From the NCBI RefSeq assembly GCF_009914755.1, contig NC_060941.1: 64,000 nt of DNA; one strand, written 5' to 3'. Source of the stretch: the human T2T-CHM13v2.0 reference genome, Homo sapiens. A program made the translations under genes and the position numbers. This document shows, in pieces, positions 40,701 through 55,700 of the stretch (position 1 is the first letter of the stretch; the number at the start of each line of letters is the position of its first letter). The notes beneath the pieces are model-generated. The model was not told the origin of the DNA, did no database searches, and worked only from the letters and a program-made list of their open reading frames with translations.

Positions 40701-43700
40701 TAGGATCTGCAAGTGGATATTTGGACCACTCTGTGGCCTTCATTCGAAACGGGTATATCTTCGCATAAAATCTAGACAGAAGCCTTCTCAGAAACTTCTC
40801 TGTGATGATTGCATTCAACTCACAGAGTTGAACCCTCCTATGGATAGAGCAGTGTTGAAACTCTCTTTTTGTGGAATCTGCAAGTGGATATGTGGACCTC
40901 TCCGAAGATGTCTTTGGAAACGGGAATATCTTCACATAAAAACTAAACAGAAGCATTCTCAGAAACTTCTCTGTGATGTTTGTGTTCAACTCCCAGAGTT
41001 TCACATTGCTTTTCATAGAGTAGTTCTGAAACATGCTTTTCGTAGTGTCTACAAGTGGACATTTGGAGCGCTTTCAGGCCTGTGGTGGAAAACGAATTAT
41101 GGTCACATAAAAACTGGAGAGAAGCATTGTCAGAAACTTCTTTGTGATGATTGCATTCAACTCACAGAGTTGAAGGTTCCTTTTCAAAGAGCAGTTTCCA
41201 ATCACTCTTTGTGTGGAATCTGCAAGTGGATATTTGGACCTATTTTGAAGATTTCGTTGGAAACGGGAGAATCTTCACAGGAAAGCTAAACAGAAGCATT
41301 CTCAGAAACTTCTTTGTGATGCTTGCATTCAACTCACAGAGTTGAACTTTCCTTTCGAGAGAGAAGCTTTGAAACACTCTTTTTCCAGAATCTGCAAGTG
41401 GACATTTGGAGGGCTTTGAGGCCTGTGGTGGAAAAGGAATTATCTTCCCGTAAAAGCTAGATAGAAGCATTCTCAGAAACTACTTTGTGATGATTGCATT
41501 CAAGTCACAGAGTTGAACATTCCCTTTGACAGAGCAGTTTGGAAACTCTCTTTGTGTAGAATCTGCAAGTGGAGATATGGACCGCTTTGAGGCCTATGGT
41601 AGTAAAGGAAATAGCTTCATATAAAAGCTAGACAGTAGCATTCACAGAAAACTCTTGGTGACGACTGAGTTTAACTCACAGAGCTGAACATTCCTTTGGA
41701 TGGAGCAGTTTCGAAACACACTATTTGTAGAATGTGCAAGTGGATATTTGGGCCTCTCTGAGGATTTCGTTGGAAACGGGATAAACCGCACAGAACTAAA
41801 CAGAAGCATTCTCAGAACCTTCTTCGTGATGTTTGCATTCAACTCACAGTGTTGAACCTTTCTTTGATAGTTCAGGTTTGAAACGGTCTTTCTGTAGAAA
41901 CTGCAAGTAGATATTTGGACCTCTCTGAGGATTTCGTTGGAAACGGGATAACCCGCACAGAACTAAAACAGAAGCATTCTCAGAACCCTCTTCGTGATGT
42001 TTGCATTCAACTCACAGTGCTGAACCTTTCTTTGATAGTTCAGCTTTGAAACACTCTTTTTGTAGAAACTGCAAGTGGATATTTGGTCCTCTCTGAGGAT
42101 TTCGTTGGAAACGGGATAAACTGCACAGAACTAAACAGAAGCATTCTCAGAACCTTCTTCGTGATGTCTGCATTCAACTCACAGTGTGGAACCTTTCTTT
42201 GATAGTTCAGGTTTGAAACACTCTTTTTGTAGAAACTGCAAGGGGATAATTGCACTCTTTGAGGAGTACCGTAGTAAAGGAAATAACTTCCTATAAAAAG
42301 AAGACAGAAGCTTTCTCAGAAAATTCTTTGGGATGATTGAGTTGAACTCACAGAGCTGAGCATTCCTTGCGATGTAGCAGTTTAGAAACACACTTTCTGC
42401 AGAATCTGCAAGTGCATATTTGGACCTCTGTGAGGAATTCGTTGGAAACGGGATAATTTCAGCTGACTAAACAGAAGCAGTCTCAGAATCTTCTTTGTGA
42501 TGTTTGCATTCAAATCCCCGAGTTGAACTTTCCTTTCAAAGTTCACGTTTGAAACACTCTTTTTGCAGGATCTACAAGTGGATATTTGGACCACTCTGTG
42601 TCCTTCGTTCGAAACGGGTATATCTTCACATGACATCCAGACAGAAGCATCCTCAGAAGCTTCTCTGTGATGACTGCATTCAACTCACGGAGTTGAACAC
42701 TCCTTTTGAGAGCGCAGTTTTGAAACTCTCTTTCTGTGGCATCTGCAAGGGGACATGTAGACCTCTTTGAAGATTTCGTTGGAAACGGAATCATCTTCAC
42801 ATAAAAACTATACAGATGCATTCTCAGGAACTTTTTGGTGATGTTTGTATTCAACTCCCAGAGTTGAACTTTCCTTTGGAAAGAGCAGCTATGAAACACT
42901 CTTTTTCTAGAATCTGCAAGTGGACGTTTGGAGGGCTTTGTGGTTTGTGGTGGAAAAGGAAATATCTTCACCTAAATACTAGATAGAAGCATTCTCAGAA
43001 ACTGCTTTGTGATGATTGCATTCACCTCACAGAGTTGAACATTCCTATTGATAGAGCAGTTTGGAAACACTCTTGTTGTGGAATGTGCAAGTGGAGATTT
43101 GGAGCGCTTTGAGGCCTATGGTAGTAAAGGGAATAGCTTCATGGAAAAACTAGACGGAAGCATTCTCAGAAAATACTTTGTGATGATTGAGTTTAACTCA
43201 CAGAGCTGAACATTCCTTTGGATGGAGCAGGTTTGAGACACACCTTTTGTAGAATCTACAAGTGGATATTTGGACCTCTCTGAGGATTTCGTTGGAAACG
43301 GGATAACTGCACCTAACTAAACGGAAGCATTCTCAGAAACTTCTTGGTGATGTTTGCATTCAAATCCCAGAGTTGAACCTTCCTTTGATAGTTCAGGTTT
43401 GAAACACTCTTTTTGTAGGATCTGCAAGTGGATATTTGGACCACTCTGTGGCCTTCGTTCGAAACGGGTATATCTTCGCATAAAATCTAGACAGAAGCCT
43501 TCTCAGAAACTTCTCTGTGATGATTGCATTCAACTCACAGAGTTGAACCCTCCTATGGATAGAGCAGTGTTGAAACTCTCTTTTTGTGGAATCTGCAAGT
43601 GGATATGTGGACCTCTCCGAAGATGTCTTTGGAAACGGGAATATCTTCACATAAAAACTAAACAGAAGCATTCTCAGAAACTTCTCTGTGATGTTTGTGT

Positions 43701-46700
43701 TCAACTCCCAGAGTTTCACATTGCTTTTCATAGAGTAGTTCTGAAACATGCTTTTCGTAGTGTCTACAAGTGGACATTTGGAGCGCTTTCAGGCCTGTGG
43801 TGGAAAACGAATTATGGTCACATAAAAACTGGAGAGAAGCATTGTCAGAAACTTCTTTGTGATGATTGCATTCAACTCACAGAGTTGAAGGTTCCTTTTC
43901 AAAGAGCAGTTTCCAATCACTCTTTGTGTGGAATCTGCAAGTGGATATTTGGACCTATTTTGAAGATTTCGTTGGAAACGGGAGAATCTTCACAGGAAAG
44001 CTAAACAGAAGCATTCTCAGAAACTTCTTTGTGATGCTTGCATTCAACTCACAGAGTTGAACTTTCCTTTCGAGAGAGAAGCTTTGAAACACTCTTTTTC
44101 CAGAATCTGCAAGTGGACATTTGGAGGGCTTTGAGGCCTGTGGTGGAAAAGGAATTATCTTCCCGTAAAAGCTAGATAGAAGCATTCTCAGAAACTACTT
44201 TGTGATGATTGCATTCAAGTCACAGAGTTGAACATTCCCTTTGACAGAGCAGTTTGGAAACTCTCTTTGTGTAGAATCTGCAAGTGGAGATATGGACCGC
44301 TTTGAGGCCTATGGTAGTAAAGGAAATAGCTTCATATAAAAGCTAGACAGTAGCATTCACAGAAAACTCTTGGTGACGACTGAGTTTAACTCACAGAGCT
44401 GAACATTCCTTTGGATGGAGCAGTTTCGAAACACACTATTTGTAGAATGTGCAAGTGGATATTTGGGCCTCTCTGAGGATTTCGTTGGAAACGGGATAAA
44501 CCGCACAGAACTAAACAGAAGCATTCTCAGAACCTTCTTCATGATGTTTGCATTCAACTCACAGTGTTGAACCTTTCTTTGATAGTTCAGGTTTGAAACG
44601 GTCTTTCTGTAGAAACTGCAAGTAGATATTTGGACCTCTCTGAGGATTTCGTTGGAAACGGGATAACCCGCACAGAACTAAAACAGAAGCATTCTCAGAA
44701 CCCTCTTCGTGATGTTTGCATTCAACTCACAGTGCTGAACCTTTCTTTGATAGTTCAGCTTTGAAACACTCTTTTTGTAGAAACTGCAAGTGGATATTTG
44801 GTCCTCTCTGAGGATTTCGTTGGAAACGGGATAAACTGCACAGAACTAAACAGAAGCATTCTCAGAACCTTCTTCGTGATGTCTGCATTCAACTCACAGT
44901 GTGGAACCTTTCTTTGATAGTTCAGGTTTGAAACACTCTTTTTGTAGAAACTGCAAGGGGATAATTGCACTCTTTGAGGAGTACCGTAGTAAAGGAAATA
45001 ACTTCCTATAAAAAGAAGACAGAAGCTTTCTCAGAAAATTCTTTGGGATGATTGAGTTGAACTCACAGAGCTGAGCATTCCTTGCGATGTAGCAGTTTAG
45101 AAACACACTTTCTGCAGAATCTGCAAGTGCATATTTGGACCTCTGTGAGGAATTCGTTGGAAACGGGATAATTTCAGCTGACTAAACAGAAGCAGTCTCA
45201 GAATCTTCTTTGTGATGTTTGCATTCAAATCCCCGAGTTGAACTTTCCTTTCAAAGTTCACGTTTGAAACACTCTTTTTGCAGGATCTACAAGTGGATAT
45301 TTGGACCACTCTGTGTCCTTCGTTCGAAACGGGTATATCTTCACATGACATCTAGACAGAAGCATCCTCAGAAGCTTCTCTGTGATGACTGCATTCAACT
45401 CACGGAGTTGAACACTCCTTTTGAGAGCGCAGTTTTGAAACTCTCTTTCTGTGGCATCTGCAAGGGGACATGTAGACCTCTTTGAAGATTTCGTTGGAAA
45501 CGGAATCATCTTCACATAAAAACTATACAGATGCATTCTCAGGAACTTTTTGGTGATGTTTGTATTCAACTCCCAGAGTTGAACTTTCCTTTGGAAAGAG
45601 CAGCTATGAAACACTCTTTTTCTAGAATCTGCAAGTGGACGTTTGGAGGGCTTTGTGGTTTGTGGTGGAAAAGGAAATATCTTCACCTAAATACTAGATA
45701 GAAGCATTCTCAGAAACTGCTTTGTGATGATTGCATTCACCTCACAGAGTTGAACATTCCTATTGATAGAGCAGTTTGGAAACACTCTTGTTGTGGAATG
45801 TGCAAGTGGAGATTTGGAGCGCTTTGAGGCCTATGGTAGTAAAGGGAATAGCTTCATAGAAAAACTAGACAGAAGCATTCTCAGAAAATACTTTGTGATG
45901 ATTGAGTTTAACTCACAGAGCTGAACATTCCTTTGGATGGAGCAGGTTTGAGACACACCTTTTGTAGAATCTACAAGTGGATATTTGGACCTCTCTGAGG
46001 ATTTCGTTGGAAACGGGATAACTGCACCTAACTAAACGGAAGCATTCTCAGAAACTTCTTGGTGATGTTTGCATTCAAATCCCAGAGTTGAACCTTCCTT
46101 TGATAGTTCAGGTTTGAAACACTCTTTTTGTAGGATCTGCAAGTGGATATTTGGACCACTCTGTGGCCTTCGTTCGAAACGGGTATATCTTCGCATAAAA
46201 TCTAGACAGAAGCCTTCTCAGAAACTTCTCTGTGATGATTGCATTCAACTCACAGAGTTGAACCCTCCTATGGATAGAGCAGTGTTGAAACTCTCTTTTT
46301 GTGGAATCTGCAAGTGGATATGTGGACCTCTCCGAAGATGTCTTTGGAAACGGGAATATCTTCACATAAAAACTAAACAGAAGCATTCTCAGAAACTTCT
46401 CTGTGATGTTTGTGTTCAACTCCCAGAGTTTCACATTGCTTTTCATAGAGTAGTTCTGAAACATGCTTTTCGTAGTGTCTACAAGTGGACATTTGGAGCG
46501 CTTTCAGGCCTGTGGTGGAAAACGAATTATGGTCACATAAAAACTGGAGAGAAGCATTGTCAGAAACTTCTTTGTGATGATTGCATTCAACTCACAGAGT
46601 TGAAGGTTCCTTTTCAAAGAGCAGTTTCCAATCACTCTTTGTGTGGAATCTGCAAGTGGATATTTGGACCTATTTTGAAGATTTCGTTGGAAACGGGAGA

Positions 46701-49700
46701 ATCTTCACAGGAAAGCTAAACAGAAGCATTCTCAGAAACTTCTTTGTGATGCTTGCATTCAACTCACAGAGTTGAACTTTCCTTTCGAGAGAGAAGCTTT
46801 GAAACACTCTTTTTCCAGAATCTGCAAGTGGACATTTGGAGGGCTTTGAGGCCTGTGGTGGAAAAGGAATTATCTTCCCGTAAAAGCTAGATAGAAGCAT
46901 TCTCAGAAACTACTTTGTGATGATTGCATTCAAGTCACAGAGTTGAACATTCCCTTTGACAGAGCAGTTTGGAAACTCTCTTTGTGTAGAATCTGCAAGT
47001 GGAGATATGGACCGCTTTGAGGCCTATGGTAGTAAAGGAAATAGCTTCATATAAAAGCTAGACAGTAGCATTCACAGAAAACTCTTGGTGACGACTGAGT
47101 TTAACTCACAGAGCTGAACATTCCTTTGGATGGAGCAGTTTCGAAACACACTATTTGTAGAATGTGCAAGTGGATATTTGGGCCTCTCTGAGGATTTCGT
47201 TGGAAACGGGATAAACCGCACAGAACTAAACAGAAGCATTCTCAGAACCTTCTTCGTGATGTTTGCATTCAACTCACAGTGTTGAACCTTTCTTTGATAG
47301 TTCAGGTTTGAAACGGTCTTTCTGTAGAAACTGCAAGTAGATATTTGGACCTCTCTGAGGATTTCGTTGGAAACGGGATAACCCGCACAGAACTAAAACA
47401 GAAGCATTCTCAGAACCCTCTTCGTGATGTTTGCATTCAACTCACAGTGCTGAACCTTTCTTTGATAGTTCAGCTTTGAAACACTCTTTTTGTAGAAACT
47501 GCAAGTGGATATTTGGTCCTCTCTGAGGATTTCGTTGGAAACGGGATAAACTGCACAGAACTAAACAGAAGCATTCTCAGAACCTTCTTCGTGATGTCTG
47601 CATTCAACTCACAGTGTGGAACCTTTCTTTGATAGTTCAGGTTTGAAACACTCTTTTTGTAGAAACTGCAAGGGGATAATTGCACTCTTTGAGGAGTACC
47701 GTAGTAAAGGAAATAACTTCCTATAAAAAGAAGACAGAAGCTTTCTCAGAAAATTCTTTGGGATGATTGAGTTGAACTCACAGAGCTGAGCATTCCTTGC
47801 GATGTAGCAGTTTAGAAACACACTTTCTGCAGAATCTGCAAGTGCATATTTGGACCTCTGTGAGGAATTCGTTGGAAACGGGATAATTTCAGCTGACTAA
47901 ACAGAAGCAGTCTCAGAATCTTCTTTGTGATGTTTGCATTCAAATCCCCGAGTTGAACTTTCCTTTCAAAGTTCACGTTTGAAACACTCTTTTTGCAGGA
48001 TCTACAAGTGGATATTTGGACCACTCTGTGTCCTTCGTTCGAAACGGGTATATCTTCACATGACATCCAGACAGAAGCATCCTCAGAAGCTTCTCTGTGA
48101 TGACTGCATTCAACTCACGGAGTTGAACACTCCTTTTGAGAGCGCAGTTTTGAAACTCTCTTTCTGTGGCATCTGCAAGGGGACATGTAGACCTCTTTGA
48201 AGATTTCGTTGGAAACGGAATCATCTTCACATAAAAACTATACAGATGCATTCTCAGGAACTTTTTGGTGATGTTTGTATTCAACTCCCAGAGTTGAACT
48301 TTCCTTTGGAAAGAGCAGCTATGAAACACTCTTTTTCTAGAATCTGCAAGTGGACGTTTGGAGGGCTTTGTGGTTTGTGGTGGAAAAGGAAATATCTTCA
48401 CCTAAATACTAGATAGAAGCATTCTCAGAAACTGCTTTGTGATGATTGCATTCACCTCACAGAGTTGAACATTCCTATTGATAGAGCAGTTTGGAAACAC
48501 TCTTGTTGTGGAATGTGCAAGTGGAGATTTGGAGCGCTTTGAGGCCTATGGTAGTAAAGGGAATAGCTTCATAGAAAAACTAGACAGAAGCATTCTCAGA
48601 AAATACTTTGTGATGATTGAGTTTAACTCACAGAGCTGAACATTCCTTTGGATGGAGCAGGTTTGAGACACACCTTTTGTAGAATCTACAAGTGGATATT
48701 TGGACCTCTCTGAGGATTTCGTTGGAAACGGGATAACTGCACCTAACTAAACGGAAGCATTCTCAGAAACTTCTTGGTGATGTTTGCATTCAAATCCCAG
48801 AGTTGAACCTTCCTTTGATAGTTCAGGTTTGAAACACTCTTTTTGTAGGATCTGCAAGTGGATATTTGGACCACTCTGTGGCCTTCGTTCGAAACGGGTA
48901 TATCTTCGCATAAAATCTAGACAGAAGCCTTCTCAGAAACTTCTCTGTGATGATTGCATTCAACTCACAGAGTTGAACCCTCCTATGGATAGAGCAGTGT
49001 TGAAACTCTCTTTTTGTGGAATCTGCAAGTGGATATGTGGACCTCTCCGAAGATGTCTTTGGAAACGGGAATATCTTCACATAAAAACTAAACAGAAGCA
49101 TTCTCAGAAACTTCTCTGTGATGTTTGTGTTCAACTCCCAGAGTTTCACATTGCTTTTCATAGAGTAGTTCTGAAACATGCTTTTCGTAGTGTCTACAAG
49201 TGGACATTTGGAGCGCTTTCAGGCCTGTGGTGGAAAACGAATTATGGTCACATAAAAACTGGAGAGAAGCATTGTCAGAAACTTCTTTGTGATGATTGCA
49301 TTCAACTCACAGAGTTGAAGGTTCCTTTTCAAAGAGCAGTTTCCAATCACTCTTTCTGTGGAGTCTGCAAGTGGATATTCGGACCTATTTTGAAGATTTC
49401 GTTGGAAACGGGAGAATCTTCACAGGAAAGCTAAACAGAAGCATTCTCAGAAACTTCTTTGTGATGCTTGCATTCAACTCACAGAGTTGAACTTTCCTTT
49501 CGAGAGAGAAGCTTTGAAACACTCTTTTTCCAGAATCTGCAAGTGGACATTTGGAGGGCTTTGAGGCCTGTGGTGGAAAAGGAATTATCTTCCCGTAAAA
49601 GCTAGATAGAAGCATTCTCAGAAACTACTTTGTGATGATTGCATTCAAGTCACAGAGTTGAACATTCCCTTTGACAGAGCAGTTTGGAAACTCTCTTTGT

Positions 49701-52700
49701 GTAGAATCTGCAAGTGGAGATATGGACCGCTTTGAGGCCTATGGTAGTAAAGGAAATAGCTTCATATAAAAGCTAGACAGTAGCATTCACAGAAAACTCT
49801 TGGTGACGACTGAGTTTAACTCACAGAGCTGAACATTCCTTTGGATGGAGCAGTTTCGAAACACACTATTTGTAGAATGTGCAAGTGGATATTTAGGCCT
49901 CTCTGAGGATTTCGTTGGAAACGGGATAAACCGCACAGAACTAAACAGAAGCATTCTCAGAACCTTCTTCGTGATGTTTGCATTCAACTCACAGTGTTGA
50001 ACCTTTCTTTGATAGTTCAGGTTTGAAACGGTCTTGCTGTAGAAACTGCAAGTAGATATTTGGACCTCTCTGAGGATTTCGTTGGAAACGGGATAACCCG
50101 CACAGAACTAAAACAGAAGCATTCTCAGAACCCTCTTCGTGATGTTTGCATTCAACTCACAGTGCTGAACCTTTCTTTGATAGTTCAGCTTTGAAACACT
50201 CTTTTTGTAGAAACTGCAAGTGGATATTTGGTCCTCTCTGAGCATTTCGTTGGAAACGGGATAAACTGCACAGAACTAAACAGAAGCATTCTCAGAACCT
50301 TCTTCGTGATGTCTGCATTCAACTCACAGTGTGGAACCTTTCTTTGATAGTTCAGGTTTGAAACACTCTTTTTGTAGAAACTGCAAGGGGATAATTGCAC
50401 TCTTTGAGGAGTACCGTAGTAAAGGAAATAACTTCCTATAAAAAGAAGACAGAAGCTTTCTCAGAAAATTCTTTGGGATGATTGAGTTGAACTCACAGAG
50501 CTGAGCATTCCTTGCGATGTAGCAGTTTAGAAACACACTTTCTGCAGAATCTGCAAGTGCATATTTGGACCTCTGTGAGGAATTCGTTGGAAACGGGATA
50601 ATTTCAGCTGACTAAACAGAAGCAGTCTCAGAATCTTCTTTGTGATGTTTGCATTCAAATCCCCGAGTTGAACTTTCCTTTCAAAGTTCACGTTTGAAAC
50701 ACTCTTTTTGCAGGATCTACAAGTGGATATTTGGACCACTCTGTGTCCTTCGTTCGAAACGGGTATATCTTCACATGACATCTAGACAGAAGCATCCTCA
50801 GAAGCTTCTCTGTGATGACTGCATTCAACTCACGGAGTTGAACACTCCTTTTGAGAGCGCAGTTTTGAAACTCTCTTTCTGTGGCATCTGCAAGGGGACA
50901 TGTAGACCTCTTTGAAGATTTCGTTGGAAACGGAATCATCTTCACATAAAAACTATACAGATGCATTCTCAGGAACTTTTTGGTGATGTTTGTATTCAAC
51001 TCCCAGAGTTGAACTTTCCTTTGGAAAGAGCAGCTATGAAACACTCTTTTTCTAGAATCTGCAAGTGGACGTTTGGAGGGCTTTGTGGTTTGTGGTGGAA
51101 AAGGAAATATCTTCACCTAAATACTAGATAGAAGCATTCTCAGAAACTGCTTTGTGATGATTGCATTCACCTCACAGAGTTGAACATTCCTATTGATAGA
51201 GCAGTTTGGAAACACTCTTGTTGTGGAATGTGCAAGTGGAGATTTGGAGCGCTTTGAGGCCTATGGTAGTAAAGGGAATAGCTTCATAGAAAAACTAGAC
51301 AGAAGCATTCTCAGAAAATACTTTGTGATGATTGAGTTTAACTCACAGAGCTGAACATTCCTTTGGATGGAGCAGGTTTGAGACACACCTTTTGTAGAAT
51401 CTACAAGTGGATATTTGGACCTCTCTGAGGATTTCGTTGGAAACGGGATAACTGCACCTAACTAAACGGAAGCATTCTCAGAAACTTCTTGGTGATGTTT
51501 GCATTCAAATCCCAGAGTTGAACCTTCCTTTGATAGTTCAGGTTTGAAACACTCTTTTTGTAGGATCTGCAAGTGGATATTTGGACCACTCTGTGGCCTT
51601 CGTTCGAAACGGGTATATCTTCGCATAAAATCTAGACAGAAGCCTTCTCAGAAACTTCTCTGTGATGATTGCATTCAACTCACAGAGTTGAACCCTCCTA
51701 TGGATAGAGCAGTGTTGAAACTCTCTTTTTGTGGAATCTGCAAGTGGATATGTGGACCTCTCCGAAGATGTCTTTGGAAACGGGAATATCTTCACATAAA
51801 AACTAAACAGAAGCATTCTCAGAAACTTCTCTGTGATGTTTGTGTTCAACTCCCAGAGTTTCACATTGCTTTTCATAGAGTAGTTCTGAAACATGCTTTT
51901 CGTAGTGTCTACAAGTGGACATTTGGAGCGCTTTCAGGCCTGTGGTGGAAAACGAATTATGGTCACATAAAAACTGGAGAGAAGCATTGTCAGAAACTTC
52001 TTTGTGATGATTGCATTCAACTCACAGAGTTGAAGGTTCCTTTTCAAAGAGCAGTTTCCAATCACTCTTTGTGTGGAATCTGCAAGTGGATATTCGGACC
52101 TATTTTGAAGATTTCGTTGGAAACGGGAGAATCTTCACAGGAAAGCTAAACAGAAGCATTCTCAGAAACTTCTTTGTGATGCTTGCATTCAACTCACAGA
52201 GTTGAACTTTCCTTTCGAGAGAGAAGCTTTGAAACACTCTTTTTCCAGAATCTGCAAGTGGACATTTGGAGGGCTTTGAGGCCTGTGGTGGAAAAGGAAT
52301 TATCTTCCCGTAAAAGCTAGATAGAAGCATTCTCAGAAACTACTTTGTGATGATTGCATTCAAGTCACAGAGTTGAACATTCCCTTTGACAGAGCAGTTT
52401 GGAAACTCTCTTTGTGTAGAATCTGCAAGTGGAGATATGGACCGCTTTGAGGCCTATGGTAGTAAAGGAAATAGCTTCATATAAAAGCTAGACAGTAGCA
52501 TTCACAGAAAACTCTTGGTGACGACTGAGTTTAACTCACAGAGCTGAACATTCCTTTGGATGGAGCAGTTTCGAAACACACTATTTGTAGAATGTGCAAG
52601 TGGATATTTAGGCCTCTCTGAGGATTTCGTTGGAAACGGGATAAACCGCACAGAACTAAACAGAAGCATTCTCAGAACCTTCTTCGTGATGTTTGCATTC

Positions 52701-55700
52701 AACTCACAGTGTTGAACCTTTCTTTGATAGTTCAGGTTTGAAACGGTCTTGCTGTAGAAACTGCAAGTAGATATTTGGACCTCTCTGAGGATTTCGTTGG
52801 AAACGGGATAACCCGCACAGAACTAAAACAGAAGCATTCTCAGAACCCTCTTCGTGATGTTTGCATTCAACTCACAGTGCTGAACCTTTCTTTGATAGTT
52901 CAGCTTTGAAACACTCTTTTTGTAGAAACTGCAAGTGGATATTTGGTCCTCTCTGAGCATTTCGTTGGAAACGGGATAAACTGCACAGAACTAAACAGAA
53001 GCATTCTCAGAACCTTCTTCGTGATGTCTGCATTCAACTCACAGTGTGGAACCTTTCTTTGATAGTTCAGGTTTGAAACACTCTTTTTGTAGAAACTGCA
53101 AGGGGATAATTGCACTCTTTGAGGAGTACCGTAGTAAAGGAAATAACTTCCTATAAAAAGAAGACAGAAGCTTTCTCAGAAAATTCTTTGGGATGATTGA
53201 GTTGAACTCACAGAGCTGAGCATTCCTTGCGATGTAGCAGTTTAGAAACACACTTTCTGCAGAATCTGCAAGTGCATATTTGGACCTCTGTGAGGAATTC
53301 GTTGGAAACGGGATAATTTCAGCTGACTAAACAGAAGCAGTCTCAGAATCTTCTTTGTGATGTTTGCATTCAAATCCCCGAGTTGAACTTTCCTTTCAAA
53401 GTTCACGTTTGAAACACTCTTTTTGCAGGATCTACAAGTGGATATTTGGACCACTCTGTGTCCTTCGTTCGAAACGGGTATATCTTCACATGACATCTAG
53501 ACAGAAGCATCCTCAGAAGCTTCTCTGTGATGACTGCATTCAACTCACGGAGTTGAACACTCCTTTTGAGAGCGCAGTTTTGAAACTCTCTTTCTGTGGC
53601 ATCTGCAAGGGGACATGTAGACCTCTTTGAAGATTTCGTTGGAAACGGAATCATCTTCACATAAAAACTATACAGATGCATTCTCAGGAACTTTTTGGTG
53701 ATGTTTGTATTCAACTCCCAGAGTTGAACTTTCCTTTGGAAAGAGCAGCTATGAAACACTCTTTTTCTAGAATCTGCAAGTGGACGTTTGGAGGGCTTTG
53801 TGGTTTGTGGTGGAAAAGGAAATATCTTCACCTAAATACTAGATAGAAGCATTCTCAGAAACTGCTTTGTGATGATTGCATTCACCTCACAGAGTTGAAC
53901 ATTCCTATTGATAGAGCAGTTTGGAAACACTCTTGTTGTGGAATGTGCAAGTGGAGATTTGGAGCGCTTTGAGGCCTATGGTAGTAAAGGGAATAGCTTC
54001 ATAGAAAAACTAGACAGAAGCATTCTCAGAAAATACTTTGTGATGATTGAGTTTAACTCACAGAGCTGAACATTCCTTTGGATGGAGCAGGTTTGAGACA
54101 CACCTTTTGTAGAATCTACAAGTGGATATTTGGACCTCTCTGAGGATTTCGTTGGAAACGGGATAACTGCACCTAACTAAACGGAAGCATTCTCAGAAAC
54201 TTCTTGGTGATGTTTGCATTCAAATCCCAGAGTTGAACCTTCCTTTGATAGTTCAGGTTTGAAACACTCTTTTTGTAGGATCTGCAAGTGGATATTTGGA
54301 CCACTCTGTGGCCTTCGTTCGAAACGGGTATATCTTCGCATAAAATCTAGACAGAAGCCTTCTCAGAAACTTCTCTGTGATGATTGCATTCAACTCACAG
54401 AGTTGAACCCTCCTATGGATAGAGCAGTGTTGAAACTCTCTTTTTGTGGAATCTGCAAGTGGATATGTGGACCTCTCCGAAGATGTCTTTGGAAACGGGA
54501 ATATCTTCACATAAAAACTAAACAGAAGCATTCTCAGAAACTTCTCTGTGATGTTTGTGTTCAACTCCCAGAGTTTCACATTGCTTTTCATAGAGTAGTT
54601 CTGAAACATGCTTTTCGTAGTGTCTACAAGTGGACATTTGGAGCGCTTTCAGGCCTGTGGTGGAAAACGAATTATGGTCACATAAAAACTGGAGAGAAGC
54701 ATTGTCAGAAACTTCTTTGTGATGATTGCATTCAACTCACAGAGTTGAAGGTTCCTTTTCAAAGAGCAGTTTCCAATCACTCTTTGTGTGGAATCTGCAA
54801 GTGGATATTCGGACCTATTTTGAAGATTTCGTTGGAAACGGGAGAATCTTCACAGGAAAGCTAAACAGAAGCATTCTCAGAAACTTCTTTGTGATGCTTG
54901 CATTCAACTCACAGAGTTGAACTTTCCTTTCGAGAGAGAAGCTTTGAAACACTCTTTTTCCAGAATCTGCAAGTGGACATTTGGAGGGCTTTGAGGCCTG
55001 TGGTGGAAAAGGAATTATCTTCCCGTAAAAGCTAGATAGAAGCATTCTCAGAAACTACTTTGTGATGATTGCATTCAAGTCACAGAGTTGAACATTCCCT
55101 TTGACAGAGCAGTTTGGAAACTCTCTTTGTGTAGAATCTGCAAGTGGAGATATGGACCGCTTTGAGGCCTATGGTAGTAAAGGAAATAGCTTCATATAAA
55201 AGCTAGACAGTAGCATTCACAGAAAACTCTTGGTGACGACTGAGTTTAACTCACAGAGCTGAACATTCCTTTGGATGGAGCAGTTTCGAAACACACTATT
55301 TGTAGAATGTGCAAGTGGATATTTAGGCCTCTCTGAGGATTTCGTTGGAAACGGGATAAACCGCACAGAACTAAACAGAAGCATTCTCAGAACCTTCTTC
55401 GTGATGTTTGCATTCAACTCACAGTGTTGAACCTTTCTTTGATAGTTCAGGTTTGAAACGGTCTTGCTGTAGAAACTGCAAGTAGATATTTGGACCTCTC
55501 TGAGGATTTCGTTGGAAACGGGATAACCCGCACAGAACTAAAACAGAAGCATTCTCAGAACCCTCTTCGTGATGTTTGCATTCAACTCACAGTGCTGAAC
55601 CTTTCTTTGATAGTTCAGCTTTGAAACACTCTTTTTGTAGAAACTGCAAGTGGATATTTGGTCCTCTCTGAGCATTTCATTGGAAACGGGATAAACTGCA

